From assembly GCA_004764695.1 (NCBI GenBank), contig SMSO01000035.1, positions 1,674,001 through 1,738,000 of the forward strand: DNA of 64,000 nt, given 5' to 3'. This DNA comes from Schizochytrium sp. TIO01. Its lineage: Eukaryota > Protista > Bigyra: Labyrinthulomycetes. The position numbers and the translations under genes are program-made. A model generated the notes under the pieces. That model did not search any database and had not been told where the DNA came from. It worked only from the letters and a program-made list of their open reading frames with translations. Shown piece after piece: positions 45,401 through 55,192 of the stretch. Positions within the stretch are counted from its first letter, which is position 1, and each line of letters begins with the position of its first letter.

Positions 45401-46923
45401 CAGGGCCACCTTTCCGATGGTTTGTAGTAGACTTGACCCTTGGATTTACACAGTATGCTGCAAAGCTAGGAACTCGAAAGACGGCTTTGGTAAAAATCTT
45501 CGACTATGGCGATGGCGAAAGCATTGCCAGTGACTCATTCGCGATCGATTCTGGAACGAGTCAAGAGACGAATGGATGGACTGTCTCTGGAAATCAAATC
45601 GATCAACAAAGCGCATGGGTGGACACATACGGGTTATTCAGTGTTGACCAGCTATATGCTAGTAATGAGTACAATGACCGCTGTGATTTCGCAAGCACGA
45701 TTGGACCCTGTACTTATTCCTGTACCTATGGCGGAAGCTATACATTGACTTCAGGATATGATGATGGCGTTCTTGAGCTCTCGAATTCAGATGATTCGTA
45801 TGTTGCGTCAAAGGATGTTTGGGACATGTCCTTGAGTTCTGGGTTCACAATATCCTTTTGGTTGAAAGTTAACGTCAACGAAGAAACCATGACAGGTCGA
45901 GAAACTATTGCTTCGTATCAGATCACCGGTCAAAGTGGTTTATGCGAAATTGCTTTAGTGAACCCCCGCGATCTGACGCTTGTTGTTCATGGACGTTTAA
46001 ATAGCAACATTGAATTTGGTGAGAATTCTGGATTAGATTTGACAGATGGGAAATGGCATTTCGTTGCAGTGACGTGGCGGTCAGCAGGCGGCGAGGTCAA
46101 TTTCTTTGACAATGGAGTTCTTGTCTGGGAAGGGGGTCCCCTGCAAGCAGATTACTCAGTTCAATCTGGCGGATCCTGGGTCATAGGTCAAGCCCAAGGA
46201 GCCGAGCCTTGCTTTGCTGGGACGAGCTGCTCATTTGTTGCCGGAAGAACTTTCGCAGGAAGTTTACAAAACTTCCGTGTCTGGAATGAAGCTCGATCCC
46301 AAGTTCAAATTGAAGGAGGTATGCGGTGGCCTTTTACCCTTTATCAAGGTTCGTTACGTCTGTATTGGCGTTTCCGTGTTGGAGATGCTCTTAATCATGT
46401 GGTGAGCAACAGTGCCTTGGCTGGGGCAGACCATGACGGTTTACTTGGCTCGCAAGCGAGTATCGAGGATGGTAGTCCGAGTGCTTCTCGTAATTACCCA
46501 TGTGGACAGGTGAATTTCAACACAATGTATTTTGAGGCGCCCGAAAGATATCTTGGAGACTTGAGCGAGGTTTATAATGGGCGTTTGCAGTTCGAGCTAT
46601 TTTCTCCAAGTCAACATGGCTCGGCACGAGACACACGTGGTGCAGTGATTTTAGAAGGCAATGGACTCAGGATTTCAAACTCACTGGTGGGCTTTCCAAT
46701 GACAGTACAAGGTGGTGGCTGGCGGGGCTTCTCTGTTGTTTTGCAGGAAGATCATGGCTGGCATCTTGAGCCAGAAGGTACATCCGCCAGTTTTTCGGCC
46801 TTTTGGAGCGTCCTCCGCAATGTAACTCGCATTGGAATTCGGGGAGATCTTATGGTGTACTCCCGTCAGGGCTCTGGACAAGAAACGACATATCTGAATA
46901 ACGTCGCCTTAGTGAAGGCTTAA
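33481..46923 (+). CDS. Giant secreted multi-repeat adhesin/matrix-like protein (~4480 aa), interrupted in this sequence by two frame changes (~33690 and ~39066)
   Basis: ATG 33481 starts a signal peptide (MSAHSNFWVALFYFIHMACIFRTVTS). The repeat consensus DxTxP..LDLNxGxLxxxFxExV..DxxGN continues in register across both ORF breaks. C-terminal SEA-like, Calx-beta, pentraxin/LamG and laminin-IV domains. Confidence 0.8.
34242..35951 (+). repeat. Intragenic tandem repeat, 5 x 342 bp (114 aa), near-identical
   Basis: Units start GATAGCACC at 34242, 34584, 34926, 35268 and 35610; similarity breaks down just after 35952. Confidence 0.97.
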
Positions 46924-47648
46924 AATTTTATCACAACTTGACCTGAAAAACATGAAAACAATCATATCACAGTCAGTCTTCTGGGTCCCAAACCTTGGTG
47001 GCTTTTCGCAAAGACCCTCAGACTAATCATACAGCATTTGGGATCGAAATACTTTTTCTCAACTTTTAAAACTTAATCTAACTTTGTATTTTTATTTCTG
47101 CGTAGGTCGATAAACCCAGTACAGCTGTGAGTATCACACTGTCCTGTCAAAGAGGTACCGAAATTTACTAAAGTGATGCAAATTCTAATAATTTTCTTGG
47201 TTTAATATTGATGTAATGTGGTAAGAGACATACGCTGGCGAAAAGTTGAAGTGAGGTTTCAGAAGCAATCTCAAGAGAAGGAGTAAAGAGGAGAAGAAAC
47301 AAGATTAAAATTATTTCTTCTTTGAGTGGTTCAACAACGAGGGTATACAACTGTAGTTTGACTCTCTATGTTATTATATATGATAAGGTCAATTATTTTG
47401 ATGTGCATCATTACCAAGTAAGGCAGGGAGTGGTGGTTATTTCCAATTTTCGCCAAAAAGTTGGCACATCAGCTATCGTGAAAAAGCGTGTTTGATCGAG
47501 CAGCGCACCTTTGTGTGGGCATATGCGCGGATATGAAGTCTTAGACAGGTCGGGGACGTGGGAAGCGGTATCGGATGAAGTAAGCATTGTGGAGGGTCTT
47601 AATGGGTTCTGCTTCTCTTAGTAGCAGAGTTTGTTGAAAGCAGAAGGT

Positions 47649-48257
47649 TTACTTCTCGCCAACCTTTGGTGGGGTGAGAATTGCTAGTCCTGTCTCCTTA
47701 AATTTGACAAAGCGTTCTGCTTTGCGCTTTAAATACCCTGTCGGATGCTGGTAAACGTTAAGTTTGGTATCACGTAACATGGCCTGGTAATCTGTGCCGT
47801 ACTTCTCCACGAGAGGACCAATGAAGAGGCAATCCTCCTCGCTCATCCAATGAGGTGGACGGCGACGTTCGTTAAGGCCGTGATGCGTGAGAGCAGTTTC
47901 CTGATCCACATCCTTATCTGTAATGGATTTCTCAAGAATTTCTGAGACCTTGGGGCCTTCTACATTGAAGGCTTCTTTTCTCGACTTTTTCACGGCCTTG
48001 GGCTCGGCTGTTGTGTCTTTGCGCGACCGCTTCGTGGAGGGAGCACCATCTTTGTCAAATACCGTGGGCTCAATGCCGGACACCACAGCATTGGGGTCTG
48101 TGGTGAGGCCAAAACTTTGGTAATTTTCATTCAGAGTACCGCGTTTCCATGCCTGGCGGACCACCTCGTTGCCTTTGATACGTGTGACACGCTTATCCTT
48201 AGGCTTGCGGGAGACCTTAGTGCCCCTTCGCTTCAAGTTCTTGCCATAGCCAGGCAT
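47649..48257 (-). CDS. NOP16: Nucleolar ribosome biogenesis protein NOP16
   Basis: Basic N-terminus, W..GTLNENYQSFGLTTDPN and LVEKYGTDYQAMLRDTKLNVYQ match the Nop16 motifs; first ATG at 48257. Confidence 0.9.
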   Translation of the reverse strand: MPGYGKNLKRRGTKVSRKPKDKRVTRIKGNEVVRQAWKRGTLNENYQSFGLTTDPNAVVSGIEPTVFDKDGAPSTKRSRKDTTAEPKAVKKSRKEAFNVEGPKVSEILEKSITDKDVDQETALTHHGLNERRRPPHWMSEEDCLFIGPLVEKYGTDYQAMLRDTKLNVYQHPTGYLKRKAERFVKFKETGLAILTPPKVGEK

Positions 48258-49621
48258 CTTGCACAACTAGAAACCTCTGAGACTAAAATAAAAGCTCCAG
48301 ACTCTCCCAGACAGATTCAGGTTTGTCTTGCCTAAGCAATCAATGACGTCCTCTCTCAATCACGTTTGGCCTTTTCACGAGCGCGCTTTCGTGTCAAGGT
48401 TTGACTGCAGACAAGAACTCGTAGTCTCGTGGCCACTCCTCTGCCACCACCAAGCCATTGTTAACTCTATTGTACACATCATCTCCTTCAATTCACCCTT
48501 CGTAGGTTACCTAGTACAAACATTACTGATTAGAAAGAAATAAAACTATGCTAGGCTATTGCCATTATTTCCTCTATGACCCCCATTCAACCGGCCATCT
48601 AACTGTTATCCAAACATGATTGGGGTTATAGAGGGTGTTTCGGTAGAAAGCATATTATGGGTTTCTGCGCTGTTTTAGTTTTAGAGAACTAAAAATTGGA
48701 TTGAGAAGGCCATCAATGTCGAAGCCAGGACCTTCACAATCGCCAACACACAAAATCAGTCAGACTGAATTTTTGTTTACAAGTGCATAGCTCTAGGAGG
48801 CAGTCTAGACGGAGAAATATGTGGCTCTCCTACCATAGCGTCTTTAAAGAACAGAGTATAGGTAGCACAGAAGAACTTGCGTTGTTTGAGAGCGGCGGTC
48901 ACTGTGCACTTGTGTAGTCTTTTTTGGGAGGTAATCCAAGCTTCATGTTCGAAACGGCAGCTCTCAACAATTGCGTGCACTGAAGGGTTGGAGTGGATTA
49001 CAGCTAACAATCTTACATTTTTCTGTGTGATCCTGCGGTACTTGGTACTGTGTTCATATGCACCTGAGCATTACAAGCCTTCACGGCGAATTATGGGTCC
49101 CAATCTGCTCCTCTAAGGCCAAGCAAGCCTCGTCTAAAACAAATTGCCGCGAAGCAAGCAAAACCCAAATCACATCTGTCGCCCACGTAGTATAAACTAG
49201 CCACAAGCTATCAGTGAAAACATCGCAGCAGCACTGTGTCTTGATCTGCGTTGCTTTGCCACCTAACCCTGGTGCTCAGCGTGCTTGCGGCTTCGTAAGT
49301 TTGAGCTTGAAGGATTCTGCTTTGCTTTGCTGATCTTTATCCCAATCTCGAGACCATCGTCCTATTAGATAGCTATTAGTGGGCACTCCTACCTAATCAG
49401 GTAGGTAGGTAGGTACCTACTACGCGCTAGCTAGTTCCAGGCTAACTACCGGGTCCCAGCAAGTCGCCTTTCCTGCCTTTGCAAGTAGAGTATACCTTCT
49501 CACAGTGAGTTATAGGATTTGGGGAAAGTAGACCAATTGTTTTATACAAGAGCCTGAGGAGAGTAAATACGGATATACGCGGTTTATCTGGAGCAAGCAA
49601 GGGAAATTGCAAATACAAAAG

Positions 49622-50836
49622 ATGTCCTCTTTGACAAACGCGCGTGGGCTTTGCGAGGGTTCGAAGGACTTTGGGTATTCCGCGATGAGCTCAAAGCGTG
49701 AGTATCCGGATTCGGAGGCCTTCACCATGGAGGACCCCATTAAGTCTGGTGACGAAGCTCCTTGTGGAGAGGTCCAAGAAGTGGCAGATCCCAAACGCCG
49801 GAAGACTGTTCCTGACGATGCAGCTGGCCCAGCGCACCCTATCTCGGGGAATGATGCTGCTGATACGTTGGTTGCGTCACGCTCGTCATCTCTTCTGACC
49901 TCAACACAGTCAGAAACGGCGGAGGAAAGCGTTGTTAAGGATTTAAAGGGTGAAAATGAACTGCCGCAAGATTTCGAAAACGTCGAGGAGGAGGATGGCG
50001 AAGCAGAGATTTCGCAGCGCGAGCCTTGGAATTTGGTGAAGATGGCTTTGCCAAGCAGCGAAGTCACAGACGTAACCTCTGAACAGACCGCGTTTGACTA
50101 TTGTACGGTAACTGAACTGAAGCTTGGAGCTGACGTGGAGGTAAAGTGGGATATTGTGGATGATGATGGGACCTCGATCCCTACGTGGTTTTCTGCTAAA
50201 CTTGGCGAGCCTATTGATGAAGTTCTCATTGTAGATGATGACGAGGATGAGCCTCGTGATGCTGCCAAGATTCGTGTGTATATGCTTCACTACAACGCTG
50301 CTGAGGAATTCCCGGCAGATAGCCGTAAAGTATGTTTTTTAAGTGATCACCAGTTGGCGGATATTGAGCATAAAGAACACCTTGTGTGGCGTCTGATGGG
50401 CAGTACCTTCGAGGGAGAACCGAGCATGAATGACGAGGAAGAGGAAGAATGCATCGATACCAGCGAATCTGCTAGTAAAATTGTACTCATGGAACTAGCG
50501 ATAGGAAAAATTGCAGAGGAAGGAAAGAAAGCCCGGGAAACAACTGATGAGGTCCAGCGCGCGGAGATTGTGAACAGGATTCAAACTCTTACGGAGGAGC
50601 TTATGAACAGCAACGTGGAGATGGTTCTAGAGCGCATTCGCATATGGCGCGGCTTTGATCTAAATCATATGCCCGCGGATCGTCGCAATTATATTGCTGA
50701 TCGGATCGCCGCTGCTCGAAGCGTGATGGTAGAAGGATTTGTTCGGCATGTTTTGGATGGTAAATCTGTAAATCAAAACACCATCCTTGAGCTATTGAAT
50801 AGCTCTGTGCAGCCGTTCACCCCGCCTCAGGAATAA
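49622..50836 (+). CDS. Hypothetical acidic protein with a central Tudor/SH3-like beta-barrel candidate
   Basis: About 404-aa ORF from the first ATG with protein-like composition, NLS-like PKRRK, and VEVKW...TWFSAKL...VYMLHYN...LVWR. Start may be at 49685. Confidence 0.7.
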   Translation: MSSLTNARGLCEGSKDFGYSAMSSKREYPDSEAFTMEDPIKSGDEAPCGEVQEVADPKRRKTVPDDAAGPAHPISGNDAADTLVASRSSSLLTSTQSETAEESVVKDLKGENELPQDFENVEEEDGEAEISQREPWNLVKMALPSSEVTDVTSEQTAFDYCTVTELKLGADVEVKWDIVDDDGTSIPTWFSAKLGEPIDEVLIVDDDEDEPRDAAKIRVYMLHYNAAEEFPADSRKVCFLSDHQLADIEHKEHLVWRLMGSTFEGEPSMNDEEEEECIDTSESASKIVLMELAIGKIAEEGKKARETTDEVQRAEIVNRIQTLTEELMNSNVEMVLERIRIWRGFDLNHMPADRRNYIADRIAAARSVMVEGFVRHVLDGKSVNQNTILELLNSSVQPFTPPQE

Positions 50837-51856
50837 AGTGCAGAGGCTCCTGTATTTCCATCAAAATAAAAGAAGAGGCAGACGAGGAGCAGTGTATAGG
50901 ATTCCGCTCTCTCTAAAGTAAACAAGTGTATTCACTAGATAAAAGGATATTGATATTCTTATAACCTTTCTACAAATGATAAACTAACATGATCAATGAG
51001 GTTGACTCACTTTTCATAATTTACGAATTTCAAACAATACACATGTAATTTTGCTGAGATCGATGGCAAGCGACGCTTTGTGGTAAACGCGTATATACAA
51101 GGTCTATGGTGGAAATGTTTGGGAATGCAAAAACCAGCAGCTCAATTGATATGTGCTGTGGGCCATTCCTTGTTCCACCACAGACCTGCACAATAAGCAA
51201 GTCCTCTGTGCACACTTTTAAATGTGACACATAAAGATCTTGACTATACAGTATCACGAGGATATATACTAACGAGTGCTTCAATTCATGAGCCAAAACT
51301 ATATTCGAGGCTCTGAAATGGAGAGTAGGTAGAGGGTAGAACATGGGAGTTGGGTTTAAAATAAAGCCGCTTGCCATGCTCTGATTTTACACATTCAGGA
51401 ACAACGTTTCTAGTGCATAATGGTTGCAGAAGATATTGTCGTTGTTGCTTTGAGTAGATAAATGTAGGAAATCGAAAGGCTGCTGGTGAAGTCACAGCTT
51501 TGATCTGTTGTTTGGCCTTGGTTCGGAAAGGCTAATAGAATATTGTGTTGCATTAGTAAAACGAGGCAGATGCAAACGACGCTAGGTAGACAGAACCATG
51601 GTGGATAAGAAGGACTGCACAAGACCGTCTTAGCGGAGACAACCGGAAAGGAATAGGGGAAGAGGAAAGGATGATAGGTGGGGAAATGAACCTCTGCAAT
51701 GTTCATACCAGAAGAATCCAGTATTACACCTTGTGTTCAGTAGTTCTGTTTCGCAGATGGTCAACATAGATGGGCTAGTTGCTGGCGGAAACATAATAAA
51801 AAAGACCAAGGTTCATTACCACCTCAGCTAGTTTGGTGGTTATCTTGCGCCAACGG

Positions 51857-52702
51857 TTAAATGTCTTCTCCAAAGAAATGGTCGTAGATTTCACGCCAAA
51901 GGTGCACACCAAAAACAAGGGAACCATTTGCTGGAAAGGCGCGAAGGACTGCCGGTGTCCAACCCCGGTAAAGCCCACTAATGCCGTCCTTTCTGATGAC
52001 CTTTTGCATGGTTTGGACCATCGTGTCGCGGCCTCCATACACCTGTTGGCGCGTTTTTGCAACGTCAAAGGGAAACACAACAGCCCACGCCAAAGACCCT
52101 CCGAAGCCTCCGCCAACAGCGGACCAAAACAAGGTGTAGTCACTTTCAGCAGGTGCAATCTTATCCCAGAACGTCTCCATTGCACCAAAGAAAAGAAAGT
52201 AAAAAGGGACGTCACGCATGAGTAATGGTCCAAGACCGCGAAAAAGTCCACGGGGTCCACTCTCATGAATGACTTCACGGGCAACATTCCAGGGTGTTGC
52301 TCGAGTGGTCCTAGTTTGCAACCTCACCTTGAGGACTTCTGCAGGGCAGATTGCCACTGCCGAGAAACATCCCGTGAGTGCTCCGAGAACTGCTTGTTCA
52401 TAATTTGCAATTTCGAAGTCCTCGTCGTCAGCATTTTCATGCATCATATCCCTCAAGAAGGAGTTGACGGACCAAACAACGACATTTTCTGTAACAGAGC
52501 TGGCTAACGCCGGTGTAAATCCCTTGAATAGCGCCCTCAGTCCTTCTTTTTGCACAGTTTGAGCCGCACACGCGAAGGGCCCTATCCCGCGACCGGTATG
52601 ATTCGAAGATTGCAGTCGCGCTTTAACAACGTCAAAGGGCTGCCCCGTCGAAATGCAGCAAAACGCTCCAAAGACTCCCGCAGACGTCTCTCTTAGGTCC
52701 AT
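51857..52702 (-). CDS. Mitochondrial carrier (SLC25), ornithine/basic amino acid carrier-like
   Basis: Three PX[DE]XX[KR] signatures (PFDVVKAR, PAEVLKVR, PFDVAKTR). TENVV, RDVPFYFLFF and RAFPANG resemble the SLC25A15/ORT1 class. First ATG at 52702. Confidence 0.9.
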   Translation of the reverse strand: MDLRETSAGVFGAFCCISTGQPFDVVKARLQSSNHTGRGIGPFACAAQTVQKEGLRALFKGFTPALASSVTENVVVWSVNSFLRDMMHENADDEDFEIANYEQAVLGALTGCFSAVAICPAEVLKVRLQTRTTRATPWNVAREVIHESGPRGLFRGLGPLLMRDVPFYFLFFGAMETFWDKIAPAESDYTLFWSAVGGGFGGSLAWAVVFPFDVAKTRQQVYGGRDTMVQTMQKVIRKDGISGLYRGWTPAVLRAFPANGSLVFGVHLWREIYDHFFGEDI

Positions 52703-53214
52703 TCTACACCTGCCCAAGTCTCCTCTCCCACCTTAAACAGCGCTGTCCGCGCCAAGCAACAGACTTGCCCTCCAATTGGGCTTTGATTCTTTCCTATTCT
52801 TCAAAACACGGAATCATCATCATCATATTAGATCATCCCTATCAACCTCCTCACACATATCATAATTACATCTCTATCATCCTTCTTTCTCTTTCTTTCT
52901 CTAACTCTTTTAAGCTATCTGGATATATATATGTATGTACCTATCTACTCGTTCGCCTACCAGTCCTCCTCTTTTTCCTCCTTCTTTTTCCTCTGCTTCT
53001 TTTTCAAGTTCTTCCTCTGCATCTTTTTCTTCCTTTCTTAGGTAGTACGTAGGACTCATCATGCTGGGCCCATTAGGCCACTCTTAATAGCACATAGACA
53101 CGCTCTCTTGCACAACCCGCTCTTTTTCTTTCTGCTCTCTCTCTCTGAGTCTATCTCTTTCAAGCAAGAAACAAAACAAAAACATGCTATAAAACTACAG
53201 CAAATTGTCCGTAC

Positions 53215-53262
53215 TTTGCTTTGCTTTGCTTTGCTTTGCTTTTGCTTTGCTTTGCTTTGCTT
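53215..53262. repeat. (TTTGC)n pentamer microsatellite
   Basis: Directly visible. Confidence 0.9.
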
Positions 53263-55192
53263 TCCCAAGAAGGCCTGCTAAGCTAAGCGAAGCAACCAAC
53301 GTGGAGTCAAAAAGGCTTCTGCCGAAGAGAGCACATGGGAGCAGTTCGCAGAGTTCGAGACTTTTGGCTGTCGTAATAGCTTCCCTCCCACTCTTACGAA
53401 GCAAGTCTCTCTATGACCCTTTCTCAATCGAGCTGTCCCTTTTGCTGTGATTCTGTTCTTCATTCAATTGTAGCTACTGCTCCGGGTAGTAGTTACCTAT
53501 GTACTTGCAAATCCAGAGTTTTGCACACCGTTTCAACGACCTCGACTCAGTTTCATTCTGAATGTACAGCCAGCGATGAGCACATCACGAGTCAGAGCTC
53601 ATCTTAAGGCACAGCGGCCTTACATAAAGTCAAACAAAAGTTAGCAAACAAGGCCATAGCAGAGCAGCAGACCCAGCTTCAACCTGAGGGCTCTCGCGGC
53701 GTCCACGATCCCGGCCTTTGGTCACCAGTAAGCTGGGTTCTCCGCGTTTTGCAAGTTCAATAGGTTATGTTATACAATTGGAATGATGTTCATTTTCAAT
53801 TTCCTTTTTTTAATTGGAAATTAAAAGAACTGGCCCCTTAAGTTCCAAGAGTAATGCGCTCTAGTGAACAATAGGCCTAGGGTTGCGGGTATCAAGCGGA
53901 GACTAGGACTGCTAGACGGACATTCGATCAGAGGACATGGGTCTTACAGGGAAGAAACAAGAAGGCACTACATATAGGTAGGTGGTACCTATCTACATAT
54001 ACCAAGTAGAGTTAGTTTGCACCTGCACCTGCACTGCGTTGCGCAGCTTTTACTTGAGCCGAGAGAGCGCAACTCGCTGAGGAGACACCTGCGTAGTCAA
54101 GACGGGTTGCTGTCAAGTTGTCGACGTGCCGCTCTATTTTGGCTCGGCTTGGGTTGCGGTCGAGGAGCGACTGTTTTTCCCAACAACGGCGCCTGGACCG
54201 CACAGCATCACACGGACTTTTCACTTAACTCCATCCAGTCAAGGCCAATGGGGAGACCATACTTTGAGGAAGGAAGCTCTAGAGAAGTCTAGACAGAAAA
54301 ACGATTTCAAGGAGGGACTCTATGGCGAATAAGATTCCACCATGGAGGTAAGGCCTAGAAAGGCAGTTGACAACTGAAAAAACTCGCAATGCGACATCAT
54401 ATTTAACATGGCAATGAGATGCTATCGTTCTGACTGTACACAACGACTCCAAAGCATTCGCACCTTGGTATATATTTCAGGAGGCGTCGACTATGACCCA
54501 GGCCCTCGAAACAAACAAGATACCACCGAAATTAGCCGAAGAAAAGAATTCACATATCAACATCGATCTCGCTTCAGAGATTGCACAGCAGAACTAAGGA
54601 GATGTTCGTTTTATCCATAAACGAAATCTTATTGAGCGCATTCGGATGTAAAGATAAAACATAAGCTAGGGATACAACAATGTAAAGCTAGAGGAAAATA
54701 AAAAGAAGAAATTGAAGAGTGTCGTTTTGAAAATCACAGTTTTGCAGGGGGTTATCACATATCTAGCTAGAGTAAACATTGAGGGGCCAGCGCCATGGTG
54801 GGTGCTTGTGCCCTGTCCGCGGTGAAACGAGGCTATTGAAATGATGCACTCACCAGGTATGTGAGGAATGGGACAGATTGGTTGTCAGGTTTTCGTAGTT
54901 AATGCAGTGGTATTTGTCGAAAGAAGTGTGTGACTGTTACACGCACGCACACTTGGCCGCAGAATCGTGATTTTGATTCGTGGAGAGACCGCTGTGTAGG
55001 TATGATGCGGCAACAGCGAGAACTTTGGCCTTGCTACGAGAGAGAGCGAACGATTCAACTAAAACACTAACTCGCTCGCGAGCTCCCTCCTCGCCAGGCC
55101 AGCCGAACTCCCGGTGGTGTCTAGAACCAAGCCGAGAAGAACACTCGTAGCTGTTCTACAACTGAAGGAGCTGCGGGTGTCTCCATTGGCAT

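Noticed and set aside
33481-46923. Calling the giant gene a decayed pseudogene or three separate genes
   Set aside because: Only two single-base frame changes in 13 kb with no other stops; ORFs 2 and 3 begin mid-repeat without signal peptides.
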